From: Calditrichia bacterium
GTDB lineage: Bacteria > Calditrichota > Calditrichia > RBG-13-44-9 > J075
Length of the DNA stretch: 64,000 bases
Direction: 5' to 3'
Assembly: GCA_050633245.1 (NCBI GenBank)
Contig: JBOEGD010000011.1
Location: 364,985 to 428,984 of the forward strand
The translations under genes and the position numbers were made by a program. Below, piece by piece: positions 42,521 through 52,249 of this stretch; the stretch's first letter is position 1; every line of letters starts with the position of its first letter. The notes under the pieces were generated by a model. The model saw only the letters and a list, made by a program, of their open reading frames with translations, searched no databases and had not been told where the DNA came from.

Positions 42521-42560
42521 TGAAGGTTCCATCCCACTTTGACTAAACCTTTTTATCGTC

Positions 42561-42589
42561 TTGACTCTTCCCGCGCATCCGCCTAAATT
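42561..42589 (+). promoter_or_regulatory. Putative sigma70 promoter of the rib operon
   Basis: TTGACT-17 bp-TAAATT places the start site at about 42596, immediately before the riboswitch. Confidence 0.65.
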
Positions 42590-42596
42590 CATGGCA

Positions 42597-42728
42597 GATC
42601 TTCGGGGCATGGTGATCCTGAAAGGGAAATTCCTGACCGGCGGTAAAAGTCCGCGACTCCACATAAAACCTGTGGATTGAATCGGTGCAATTCCGATACC
42701 GACGGTATAGTCCGGATGGGAGAAGATC
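42597..42728 (+). promoter_or_regulatory. FMN riboswitch (RFN element)
   Basis: P1 GATCTTC/GAAGATC; TCGGGGC..GGTG..AATTCC.GACCGGCGGT; AGTCCGCGA; GGTGCAATTCC..ACCGACGGTATAGTCCGGATGGGAGAAG; upstream of ribD. Confidence 0.96.
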
Positions 42729-42741
42729 ATTTTCATCCAAA

Positions 42742-42786
42742 GCGATAAAGGCATATTACGTGCTTTTTTTCGCCCTATCTTTTTTT
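42742..42786 (+). terminator. Candidate riboswitch-controlled attenuator terminator
   Basis: GCGATAAAGGCA-TATTACG-TGCTTTTTTCGC imperfect stem followed by a T-run, between aptamer and ribD. Confidence 0.5.
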
Positions 42787-42831
42787 GTACCCGCCTCGAC
42801 GATCCGAAAAAAAATCCGTTAAAAAACTTGG

Positions 42832-43989
42832 ATGTTATTTATGGATCAAGATCGCAAATTTATGCAGCGTGCTCTGGAGCTGGCGGTAAAAGGCTCGGGA
42901 CACACTTCACCGAACCCCATGGTCGGCGCCATTATTGTGAAGGATGGCCGGGTAATCGGAGAGGGGTTTCATGAGCGCTATGGTGAGGCTCATGCTGAAA
43001 TTATGGCGATTAACAGCGCAAGCGAACCAATTGTCGGCGCAACAATGTATTGCACTCTCGAGCCTTGTTGTCATTCCATTTCAGATAAAATAACACCGCC
43101 GTGCACGAAGCGATTGTTGGAAGAAAAGTTCTCTCGTATCGTAATTGCCATGCCTGATCCCAATCCACATGTCAGCGGCAAAGGTATTGATATTTTGCGT
43201 GATTCCGGGATAAGGGTCGACGTTGGATTATTACGGCATGAGGCAGAGCAACTCAACGAAGCCTATTGCCATTACATCCAATTCCAGGTTCCGTTCGTTC
43301 ATTTAAAGATGGCAATGTCTCTCGATGGTCGGATCGCCACATCAACGCAACACTCAAAGTGGATTACTGATCTCAGCGCGCGAAGACATGTACATCAGAT
43401 GCGCCATGAACACGCCGCCGTTCTAGTTGGACGCCACACCGTAGAGACAGATGACCCAAAACTGACCGTTAGGGAGGTTACTGGTAAAAACCCTAAACGA
43501 ATTATTCTGGATAGCGGGTTGCGACTTGATGAAAGCAACAATGTGTTTTCCGATGAGCATCGGGATAAGACGATCCTTTTTATCGGCAAACATGCAGATC
43601 CTGGTAAAGTAGCTCGATTGCGCAAACGGGGAGTCCAAATCGAAGTTGCGCCGTTAACAATAGGAAAAATCAGCCTGTCTTTTCTTTTAGAGAGACTGGG
43701 ACAAATGAAATTAAGTTCATTGTTGGTAGAAGGTGGCAGCGAGATTCACACCAGTTTCCTACGCGAGAATTTGTTCGACAAGCTAAGCTGCTTTGTGGCT
43801 CCTCTAATCATCGGAAAAGGGATTGAGGCCGTAGGTGAATTGGGAATTACCGATGTATCTGAGGCATTGCGTTTGTCCAACGTCAACTATCAGCAAATCA
43901 ATGAACAAATCCTGCTAACCGCTTACCGCAATAAAGAAGTTGTCTGGAAGATTCCTTCCAGGGAGGCGACATGTTTACAGGAATTGTAG
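42832..43989 (+). CDS. ribD: Bifunctional riboflavin deaminase/reductase RibD
   Basis: SPNPMVGA, HAE, TLEPCCH...TPPC, SLDGRIAT..SKWIT, DDPKLTVR, LVEGG. Confidence 0.96.
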   Translation: MLFMDQDRKFMQRALELAVKGSGHTSPNPMVGAIIVKDGRVIGEGFHERYGEAHAEIMAINSASEPIVGATMYCTLEPCCHSISDKITPPCTKRLLEEKFSRIVIAMPDPNPHVSGKGIDILRDSGIRVDVGLLRHEAEQLNEAYCHYIQFQVPFVHLKMAMSLDGRIATSTQHSKWITDLSARRHVHQMRHEHAAVLVGRHTVETDDPKLTVREVTGKNPKRIILDSGLRLDESNNVFSDEHRDKTILFIGKHADPGKVARLRKRGVQIEVAPLTIGKISLSFLLERLGQMKLSSLLVEGGSEIHTSFLRENLFDKLSCFVAPLIIGKGIEAVGELGITDVSEALRLSNVNYQQINEQILLTAYRNKEVVWKIPSREATCLQEL

Positions 43990-44591
43990 AAGAAGTTGGA
44001 AAAGTAACCGGTATCACCGCTATCGATGGTGGAATTCGTATTACGATTGAAGCCTCGGCAGTATTGGAAGATACCAAACAGGGTGATTCAATAAATGTAA
44101 ATGGCGCCTGCCAAACGGTTATCTCTCAAACCGACACATCTTTTACCGTTGAAGCAGTGGGGGAGACGCTTACAAAGACGAACCTGGGGCAATTGACTGT
44201 AGAACAAACGGTGAACCTGGAACGGCCATTAACCATGTCATCAAGGCTCGGCGGGCACTTCGTGCAGGGGCATGTCAACTGCACCGGAACCATCACTCAA
44301 TGGTTTGCCAGAGGTGACAATTGGTTTCTGCAGGTTGAGTTACCTGTAGAGCTACGGCCCTATACCATTCCCGAAGGATCAATAACAATAGATGGAATTA
44401 GCCTGACAATTGCCGATCTTCAGCAAAACCTGGTCGGTGTGAATATTATACCGCATACGGCTCAACATACGAATCTTGCAAAACGGAACATCGGCGAAAC
44501 GGTAAACATCGAAGTCGATATGATAGCAAAATACATCGAAAACATGATCAAGTATTCAAATAATCTAACCGAGAGCGGGAGTAAACACTAA
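43971..44591 (+). CDS. ribE: Riboflavin synthase (alpha chain)
   Basis: MFTGIVEE, GDSINVNGACQTV, LGGHFVQGHV, DGISLTI, IIPHT. Confidence 0.96.
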   Translation: MFTGIVEEVGKVTGITAIDGGIRITIEASAVLEDTKQGDSINVNGACQTVISQTDTSFTVEAVGETLTKTNLGQLTVEQTVNLERPLTMSSRLGGHFVQGHVNCTGTITQWFARGDNWFLQVELPVELRPYTIPEGSITIDGISLTIADLQQNLVGVNIIPHTAQHTNLAKRNIGETVNIEVDMIAKYIENMIKYSNNLTESGSKH

Positions 44592-44593
44592 CG

Positions 44594-45850
44594 ATGGTAT
44601 CGAACACCCATACGCCGCAATACGATGAATTCTCGTCTGTGGCTGAGCTGATTGAAGCATATAAAAGAGGAGAAGTTCTTATCCTCGTTGACGATGAAGA
44701 TCGAGAAAATGAAGGCGATTTTATTGTTGCTTCGGAACATGCGACACCGGAAGCGATAAATTTTATGGCAAAAGAGGGCAGAGGGCTAATCTGTGTCAGT
44801 ATCACTGAAAAACGTGCAGCAGCGCTGGATCTTAGCCCAATGTCGCAGGAAAATACGGCCTTGCTGGGAACGCCTTTTACAATGAGCGTCGATGCTATTG
44901 AAAATACGACTACCGGAATTTCTGCATTTGATCGCGCGATAACAATTTCAAAAATGATTGCTGCGGACACCTCGCCAACTGAGTTGGCCCGGCCCGGACA
45001 TGTATTTCCGCTGGTGGCAGATTCGAATGGGGTTTTGGCTCGGCCCGGACATACCGAGGCTGTTGTCGATCTTGCCAAGCTCTCCAACCTGAATCCATCA
45101 GGCGTTTTGTGCGAGATTTTGTCTGAGGATGGTACGATGGCGAGATTGCCCGAACTGCATCGCATTGCCCAAAAGCACGGTCTCAAGATCGGACATATTA
45201 AAGACATAATCAGCTATCGTCAGTCAAATGAAAAGTTGATTGAGCTGGAATCACGTGTTGATCTTCCAACAAAGCACGGGAATTTCGAGCTGCTCTTATT
45301 CCGCAGCCTGGTCGATCCGGACGAAACACATTTGGCCTTACTAAAGGATGGATGGAAGGAAAGTGACAGTGTTCTAACGCGAATTCATTCCGAATGCCTT
45401 ACCGGTGATGTTTTTGGCTCCGGGAGGTGCGACTGTGGTCAGCAGCTGGAAACGGCAATGAAGGCCATCCATGACAATGGCTCCGGCATTATTCTCTACA
45501 TGCACCAGGAAGGCCGTGGAATTGGTCTTGCCGAGAAGCTCAAGGCCTATGCACTACAGGAGCAGGGCATCGATACAGTCGATGCGAATTTAAAATTGGG
45601 TTTTGCCGCTGATGCTCGCGAATACTGGTTTGCTGTACAAATCCTGCGTCATTTGGGAGTTCGATCGGTCGATCTGATCACAAATAATCCCGAAAAAATT
45701 AATCAGCTTGAAAAGCAGCACATTCACGTTGCTTCGCGTGTTCCAAGTCTTGTTGAAGCAGGTATGAACAACGTCGAGTATTTGCGAACGAAACAATCGC
45801 GTATGGGACATCTATTAAATGGGTTGGCAACAAAAACTCGTTCGAGCTAG
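44594..45850 (+). CDS. ribBA: Bifunctional DHBP synthase / GTP cyclohydrolase II
   Basis: [23 protein letters not shown]; [34 protein letters not shown]. Confidence 0.96.
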   Translation: MVSNTHTPQYDEFSSVAELIEAYKRGEVLILVDDEDRENEGDFIVASEHATPEAINFMAKEGRGLICVSITEKRAAALDLSPMSQENTALLGTPFTMSVDAIENTTTGISAFDRAITISKMIAADTSPTELARPGHVFPLVADSNGVLARPGHTEAVVDLAKLSNLNPSGVLCEILSEDGTMARLPELHRIAQKHGLKIGHIKDIISYRQSNEKLIELESRVDLPTKHGNFELLLFRSLVDPDETHLALLKDGWKESDSVLTRIHSECLTGDVFGSGRCDCGQQLETAMKAIHDNGSGIILYMHQEGRGIGLAEKLKAYALQEQGIDTVDANLKLGFAADAREYWFAVQILRHLGVRSVDLITNNPEKINQLEKQHIHVASRVPSLVEAGMNNVEYLRTKQSRMGHLLNGLATKTRSS

Positions 45851-45921
45851 CATGTTCATGCTACCAAATTAGTAGCTGGAATTGTATATCAAATAAAACT
45901 ATACTGCTGTCAGGAGGAAGA

Positions 45922-46386
45922 ATGACTACCTTGCTTCAGGGGAACTTGCAAGCGGAAGGAATAAAGAGCGCAATTATTGTTGGCCGATTTAATCAATTTG
46001 TCTGCAAAAGCCTGCTTGAAGGGGCACTGGATTGTCTGGAAAGACATGGTGCCAACCGAAGTGAACAGCTGGTGACTTGGGTGCCCGGCGCATTCGAAAT
46101 TCCTCTTGCAGCAAAAGTGATTGCGCAAAGACGAAAACCGGATGCGATCATTTGTCTTGGAGCGGTAATTCGTGGTTCTACGCCTCACTTTGACTACGTT
46201 GCCGGAACCTCTGCAAGTGGTGTCGCTAATATTTCTTTGGATTTGTCAATTCCGGTTGCAAATGGTATTATTACAACCGACACCATTGAACAAGCAATTG
46301 AGCGCTCCGGTACAAAAGCAGGGAACAAGGGATGGGATGCAGCGTTAAGTGCAATAGAGATGGTGAATCTAATAAAACAGCTGTAA
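45922..46386 (+). CDS. ribH: 6,7-dimethyl-8-ribityllumazine synthase
   Basis: [41 protein letters not shown]. Confidence 0.97.
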   Translation: MTTLLQGNLQAEGIKSAIIVGRFNQFVCKSLLEGALDCLERHGANRSEQLVTWVPGAFEIPLAAKVIAQRRKPDAIICLGAVIRGSTPHFDYVAGTSASGVANISLDLSIPVANGIITTDTIEQAIERSGTKAGNKGWDAALSAIEMVNLIKQL

Positions 46387-46438
46387 ACGCATTAATAAAC
46401 TGCTGTTTACAGGATGTGAAACAAAATCAGGAACACAC

Positions 46439-48829
46439 ATGAATCGCTTTGTTGTTGCTATTTTATCCGGCATGCTTTTATTAAGCAGTTTGCAAGCTCA
46501 GGATATCCGCTTTCAAATAGATGTAATTACCCATATGAATACCGCAAATGAGTTGCTGGTTAAAGACAATACGTTCTATGCCGCCACAAGCGGAGGACTT
46601 CTAATTCGCAATGCCGATGGCAGTGAAGAGATATACAACGTGACGAACGATCTCTACGACCATCGTTTGGCAGCCATTGATATTAGTGAACGGAATATTG
46701 TTGCGGTGGGGTCGCCATTCGGCAATATATCCTTTATAGATCGCAATGATGGTTCAGTCTTCAACGACCAGAACCTTCTCGACAATGAAATCGTTGATTT
46801 CGAGATGGTTCAGGACACGCTTTGGGTTTTGACAACCCAGTTTGTGTCAGTTTATCTGTTTAGCGAGTCGCTTCAACGTTTCCAGTTTCGCGAATCTTAC
46901 CAGCAATTTAACACAACAATAGGCCGGTTTAGCAGCCTGGAATACCAGAACAACCGCATTTGGCTGGGCAGCGATGTCGGGTTAATTAGTGCATCGGCAA
47001 ATTTTCTTGAAGTGAACCTGTATTCCGGCGGTAACTGGCAAGTGTTGACACAGGTCGATGGTCTGCCCTCGAACCAGGTTTATGACATCAATATATATAA
47101 CAATAATCTTATTCTGGCAACACCAGGTGGATTAGTGTTGTTCGATGGAAATGGATTTCAAACGGTTGTTGCCGGAGACTATCGCCATATCACACAGTCT
47201 TCCTCAGGCACCTATGTTACAACGAGACGTGAAGTTTTTGAATTCGATGGCTCGCAGTTAACCAGAAGAAATTCTATAGGCTGGGCAGATATCTCGGATA
47301 TCGTAATCGACGGAGACAATAATGTTTGGATTGGCACACAAAAAAGAGGTATTCGCAATCTTACCTCCGGTGAAAAGATATACATTGATGGCCCCCTTGA
47401 TAATTATATAGGTGAAATATTAATCGACTCTTCCGAGCGTATTTGGTGTACAACCGGTCTACCAAAGGACGAGCGTCGACAGGGAATATTTGTGAATACC
47501 GGGGAAGAATGGAAAAACTTTGTATTCAGCGGTGGAACGGATAATCGCTACATACATTTAAATTCTTCCTTAGCATTGATGGAAGATGCCGGCGGAAATG
47601 TCTGGAGTGGGGCATGGGGCGGCGGCATTGTTGTCTTCGGCGAAAATGAAGACTTCACCATTCTAAATACTCTTATCGATCCGGGAATAGTTTGGATTCG
47701 CTCTGCAACAGGCGATGATTCGGTTGCTGTTTCTACGCCGACTGAATTACGTTCGCTATTATCACCGGTCTCTGTTAACCCGTACTATACGGTTGTTACT
47801 GATATTCTACTCGATTCCAACACAGAGTCTGTCTGGATCATGAATTCTGCGGCCGGAAGTAACCGTTCGCTGGTGAGATATCGCGGCACTGAGTTTAGTC
47901 AGGATGCTTTTAATGCTGCCAACTGGGAATCTTATTCTAATCCATTTGGCATTCGCGAGTGGTTTGAAATGACTGTCGATGTTTTTGGTGACTTCTGGAT
48001 TGCCTCTTCCTACGATGATGGGAGTATCGGCGTAGCTCAAGCCAGGCTGGGCGAGAACAATCTGTTCCAAACAGCATCATACACCGAAAGCGCAGATAAC
48101 CTGAAAAGCAATGCAACATCTTCAATTGCCTCTGATGGAGATGGTTATGTTTGGGTAGGTACACGATCTGGATTAAGCGCAATTCTTGGTGGCAATGTCT
48201 TCGACTTTCGAGACACCTATCAGCCTCTCGGGTTTCAAATCAATGATGTCTTTGTTGATACCGAGAACAACAAGTGGTTTGCAACAGATCGTGGTATTAG
48301 CATACTTAAAGGTTCGGGCTCGCCATTCTCTGAGGATAGTTGGATTCATATAATTCCCAAGAACAGTAGTGTTGACGCGGATATTATTTCCAGTCGCAAG
48401 AATTTGTTTATAGAAAACCTGCCGTCAGAAAATGTTCACAGCGTAACGCTTAATGAAAAAACGGGTGATATCTATATAGGTACAGACGCCGGAATTGCAA
48501 TCCTTCGCAGTAACCCATTTTCTTCACCTTTCGAAAATTTTGACCTTACTCGAGTAGGACCAAATCCATTCCTGATCGATGGAGCTGAAAACCGAGCCCT
48601 TAGCTTTTATAATCTGGCTCCGGGCAGCGAAGTGCGCATTCTATCGGTAAACGGACAGCTTATTCGCACGTTAGATAGAACTGATTTTAGCGAAATTCAG
48701 GGAAATTCGGCGATCTGGAACGGTCGGAATGAAGAAGGCAGAGTCGTTGCATCGGGTGTCTATCTTTATTTAATTACCACCGATGGCGGGCAACAAACCT
48801 CAGGCAAAATTATGGTTGTGCAGGAATAG
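46439..48829 (+). CDS. PorZ-like secreted beta-propeller protein with C-terminal sorting domain
   Basis: Signal peptide; repeated W.GT.GL blades; VD..NNKWFAT.RG, LPSENV, GDIYIGTDAG; tail PNPF...WNGRN..G..VASGVY. Confidence 0.7.
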   Translation: MNRFVVAILSGMLLLSSLQAQDIRFQIDVITHMNTANELLVKDNTFYAATSGGLLIRNADGSEEIYNVTNDLYDHRLAAIDISERNIVAVGSPFGNISFIDRNDGSVFNDQNLLDNEIVDFEMVQDTLWVLTTQFVSVYLFSESLQRFQFRESYQQFNTTIGRFSSLEYQNNRIWLGSDVGLISASANFLEVNLYSGGNWQVLTQVDGLPSNQVYDINIYNNNLILATPGGLVLFDGNGFQTVVAGDYRHITQSSSGTYVTTRREVFEFDGSQLTRRNSIGWADISDIVIDGDNNVWIGTQKRGIRNLTSGEKIYIDGPLDNYIGEILIDSSERIWCTTGLPKDERRQGIFVNTGEEWKNFVFSGGTDNRYIHLNSSLALMEDAGGNVWSGAWGGGIVVFGENEDFTILNTLIDPGIVWIRSATGDDSVAVSTPTELRSLLSPVSVNPYYTVVTDILLDSNTESVWIMNSAAGSNRSLVRYRGTEFSQDAFNAANWESYSNPFGIREWFEMTVDVFGDFWIASSYDDGSIGVAQARLGENNLFQTASYTESADNLKSNATSSIASDGDGYVWVGTRSGLSAILGGNVFDFRDTYQPLGFQINDVFVDTENNKWFATDRGISILKGSGSPFSEDSWIHIIPKNSSVDADIISSRKNLFIENLPSENVHSVTLNEKTGDIYIGTDAGIAILRSNPFSSPFENFDLTRVGPNPFLIDGAENRALSFYNLAPGSEVRILSVNGQLIRTLDRTDFSEIQGNSAIWNGRNEEGRVVASGVYLYLITTDGGQQTSGKIMVVQE

Positions 48830-48916
48830 CACAGAGGCTATCTTATAGCAGTTCAATTGTAGTGAATAAGGCTTGCAGCCATAACTTGGCTGCACGAGAC
48901 AATCCAGGACGGGTTT

Positions 48917-49882
48917 ATGCGCTTCAGACCATCACTTCTGCTAATCGTGATTATTTTTGTTGGCTATCTATGTGCACTCGGGTACATCTACCTTTCCAGT
49001 ACTCAAAGCAATAGCGTCTCCGAGTCGGTGAATGCACGTGAAATGCTAAAGCCGGACACAACACTCCATGCAATGGTTATCGAAGCATACGAACGGCGCG
49101 ACTATAAAGAAGTCAAGCGTCTTACCAGAATGCTCAGCGAAAGCTACCCGGACTCGGATGCAGCCAGAGATGCCAAGCGTCTTGTCGCTGATATTGAGAG
49201 TCGTCAATCCGGCAATTTTCGAAACAATGAGGGAAGTGCTCAAGCCTCGAACTCACTAAAAAGCAAACAATCTTCCACCAGCACCAAGCCTGCGCAAAAG
49301 CGACGAGTCGCTAACACTTCGACTAGAACGAGAAGCAGCAAACCTCCGCAGTCGGAAGCTCTTAAGGATGCCCAGCGACTATTGGCACTTAAGAAAATGC
49401 GGATTGTTCGTGATGAGGATCAGGGAATAACCTGGTATTACAATAAACACATCTCACATTTCGTTTATAAAAACAGTCTCGAGAGCTATATCGGTCAGAG
49501 TGATAATGGCAATGTCTGGCTAAGAATGCGTATTTACTATTCCGGCGAGAAACCATTGAATATACAAGGTTATGAGATCTATGCTGATGACCGAATTTAT
49601 CCCATAAAAACGAAGTATGGAACGCTTGAGAAAGGGAGTGGGCCAGGTGGTGCATGGGAGTGGTTCGACATGCAGGTTCACACTAAAGACCTTGAGGTTC
49701 TCAAAGCAGCCATGACAGCAAACCGAGCTGCCGTTCGTTATATTGGCGGGGAAGAAAGTTCCGATCGAGTTTTGCCTGAAGGCGAAAAGTCGCGTCTTCT
49801 CAACATTATTAAGGCACTTGAAGTTCTCTCCTCTGGTACGGGGCAGCGCTACTTTGCTGGCAATGCACCTCGCCCGCAGTAA
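48917..49882 (+). CDS. Hypothetical membrane-anchored protein
   Basis: N-terminal TM helix, TPR-like YPDS..A helix pair, Ser/Thr/Lys-rich linker, C-terminal globular domain. Confidence 0.7.
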   Translation: MRFRPSLLLIVIIFVGYLCALGYIYLSSTQSNSVSESVNAREMLKPDTTLHAMVIEAYERRDYKEVKRLTRMLSESYPDSDAARDAKRLVADIESRQSGNFRNNEGSAQASNSLKSKQSSTSTKPAQKRRVANTSTRTRSSKPPQSEALKDAQRLLALKKMRIVRDEDQGITWYYNKHISHFVYKNSLESYIGQSDNGNVWLRMRIYYSGEKPLNIQGYEIYADDRIYPIKTKYGTLEKGSGPGGAWEWFDMQVHTKDLEVLKAAMTANRAAVRYIGGEESSDRVLPEGEKSRLLNIIKALEVLSSGTGQRYFAGNAPRPQ

Positions 49883-49886
49883 ACCA

Positions 49887-51080
49887 TTACCCCAACTTTA
49901 GGTCTACAACAATCGGATCATGGTCAGAAAGCCGCTTGTTGTTCCACATTGGCTTTTCAATGCCTATCGGTTTTACCACTCGACCTGCCGTTGACGACGA
50001 AAATCCCCGGCCTGCCAACCAATCCAATCTAAAAGGTACCTCGCCGCCATAAGGTTCCAGAATTTCGCGAAGCCAATTATGGATAAAACTCGGAGCCCAC
50101 TTCCGCGTTTTAATGCTTGCTGCAGCCTCACCAAGATTGTAATACAACGTGCCAAAGCGACGATCGTTAAAATCTGCGACGTTAAAGCCATATTGACGAA
50201 ACACCTCGAAAACCGGTCGTTCAAAATATCGATCCGGTTGCATATACTGTACAATTGTTTCCGGAACGCCAACATAAAGTAACTTGTAAAGAAAGCTCAT
50301 TAGCAGCCAGAATTTATTGTGCAAGTTATAGGTGTGCGTGTTCAGATCGCCACCGAAAACCTGAGCAGAGGAACCGGATGCAAGCATTGGCCGAAGCATC
50401 GCCGCCAGTTGCTGCGCACGTTGCAGTGGGGATGTTTTAAGCTCAAGATGAGCAGTTGCAAAATCAATCAGTTTACCTCCGATTTCAACACTACAAATCA
50501 AACCGCGTCTTTGGCCAAGTCGCTGTTCAGAGCTTCGCATGTAATCGCGCAAGCTTGGCAATATCGGCGTTTCGACGCTGCGAATCGGATAACGCGTTAG
50601 AATTGCGGAGCCGTGCAGTGCCAGAGTGTTGTCTTCATCATGGTCCTGCTCCCCTTCGTCTCCTTTGGCGAGCACCAGAAATGAATTGCCATAGCAATAG
50701 TTGTAGCCCAGTGCTTCCGCCATTTCTTTGGGAACATTTCTATTACCACTTCGACCCATTCCAATATCAGCTTCTGTAATCAACAGGACATCGGCATCTT
50801 GTAAAATGAGGTCATTCGCAAGAAAAGAAATGATGCCATCAAGCTCACGACCACGTTCAATATTCCATGCCGCTATGCGTAGCTCACCATCATTTTTCTT
50901 GTTTACATAAGTATTCGAAAACTCTATTCCTGATGTAACGCGCTTAATTTCGTCACCATGTTCTTTAAATACTTCAGACTTGCCGAAAGCTTTACTGCTT
51001 TTGTGCTGTTTTACATCTTTGAATATTGAGTTTAGTTCATGTCTGAGTTCAGATGATGGGGCTTCCAGACTGCGTCTCAT
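49887..51080 (-). CDS. Endonuclease/exonuclease/phosphatase (EEP) family protein
   Basis: AWNIERG, ITEAD.GMGRS, AHL, GGDLNT, RLDW, SDHDPI. Confidence 0.9.
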   Translation of the reverse strand: MRRSLEAPSSELRHELNSIFKDVKQHKSSKAFGKSEVFKEHGDEIKRVTSGIEFSNTYVNKKNDGELRIAAWNIERGRELDGIISFLANDLILQDADVLLITEADIGMGRSGNRNVPKEMAEALGYNYCYGNSFLVLAKGDEGEQDHDEDNTLALHGSAILTRYPIRSVETPILPSLRDYMRSSEQRLGQRRGLICSVEIGGKLIDFATAHLELKTSPLQRAQQLAAMLRPMLASGSSAQVFGGDLNTHTYNLHNKFWLLMSFLYKLLYVGVPETIVQYMQPDRYFERPVFEVFRQYGFNVADFNDRRFGTLYYNLGEAAASIKTRKWAPSFIHNWLREILEPYGGEVPFRLDWLAGRGFSSSTAGRVVKPIGIEKPMWNNKRLSDHDPIVVDLKLG

Positions 51081-51339
51081 GTAAGAAATTCTCCTGTAAC
51101 AATCTTAATACGTGATGCAAATTCAGAGCATTAAAATAATTATGAAGGCTGCTGTTTGCAACCATTAGTACTGGGTTATTTTACCTGAACAACTTATGTT
51201 TAAATATTCTGGAAATGTAGCAGGAATCACCTCCAACGCCTACTTTACTTTCCATTATATAGGACAGTTTTAACAAAATTTTCGGTGTGACCTATAGATA
51301 TTATGCTAAAAAAACACTACGCGTCGCAATCACATAAAG

Positions 51340-51765
51340 ATGCAAAAAATCATGTCATTTTCAAGACGGAGTCCACAACGTATGCTGCTAAAGGTTTCCA
51401 AACAAAAGTTAGGTTTTTTACAAAAGGCCAAGTTGAGTAATTCGTTGCTATTGGGAGAGAATACCTCACATTATACCAAGGGGCTTTCTGCGGTAGAAAT
51501 GCAGCAACTGAGAGACTATTTTGAACAACAAATCTTATATTATTCTTCCAAACAAGACAGGAAAAAACTTGTTATACAAGACTTGAAAGAGGCGATTGGC
51601 CCGGTCCCGAATTACTATCACAAACAAGATTGTCGTGAACCGATCGAGGCCTGTTTAAACGAAACATGTATCGCATCTTATCCGCCATGCTTTTCCAGAA
51701 AGATGGAGGGGCAGATTAATGCATTAGCCAAAATCCTGCGACCATATATCGCAAAAAATGATTAA
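51340..51765 (+). CDS. Hypothetical protein with C-terminal His/Cys cluster
   Basis: 141-aa ORF containing H-x3-C-x6-C-x4-C-x6-C; start uncertain. Confidence 0.55.
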   Translation: MQKIMSFSRRSPQRMLLKVSKQKLGFLQKAKLSNSLLLGENTSHYTKGLSAVEMQQLRDYFEQQILYYSSKQDRKKLVIQDLKEAIGPVPNYYHKQDCREPIEACLNETCIASYPPCFSRKMEGQINALAKILRPYIAKND

Positions 51766-51805
51766 GCAAACACCGTTACCGGCACTGAGACAAAGGATAT
51801 AGTAA

Positions 51806-52249
51806 ATGTCGCTATTCAAAAAAAAGAAAAAAGAAGAGCCCGTATCAAATCGGCCTGTAAAAAGAGAGCATCCAATTGGAGCTTCGCACAAGGTGATTCT
51901 CAATTCAAAACGCCTTATCCCCATCGTGATTCAAAACTTTCTCTCACGCGAGGTATTACAATTAGCCTATATGGATCGCTGGGCATTAGATGTAAGCATG
52001 GCTGAAAATAGACTCCACGTTTTTAGCCGTTCGCGCCAAAAACAAACTCTTTTTGGCGAGGACAAAGGTCTTGAATATGAAATTAAATCCGTTAAATTAG
52101 ACAATACAAAACGCTCGCTCCTCTTCGAAGTTCTGCCCTCTGAGCAGCCCCATCCGGAGAGTCGATTTTCATTTACCGTATTTCCGTCAGTAAACAGCAA
52201 TGGTGAGACCGATGAAGATTTCCAAAATTCTGATAGCGAATCGTGGTGA
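51806..52249 (+). CDS. HisI (PRA-CH) homologue lacking catalytic Cys/Asp ligands
   Basis: LIPIVIQ...EVLQLAYMD..AL, FSRSRQ...GE..G match HisI, but DCDxD is replaced by DNTKR and the CH..SCF motif is absent; AAGGA RBS. Confidence 0.72.
   Translation: MSLFKKKKKEEPVSNRPVKREHPIGASHKVILNSKRLIPIVIQNFLSREVLQLAYMDRWALDVSMAENRLHVFSRSRQKQTLFGEDKGLEYEIKSVKLDNTKRSLLFEVLPSEQPHPESRFSFTVFPSVNSNGETDEDFQNSDSESW

Noticed and set aside
42503-42754. Minus-strand short ORFs over the rib leader
   Set aside because: They are antisense to the FMN riboswitch and promoter
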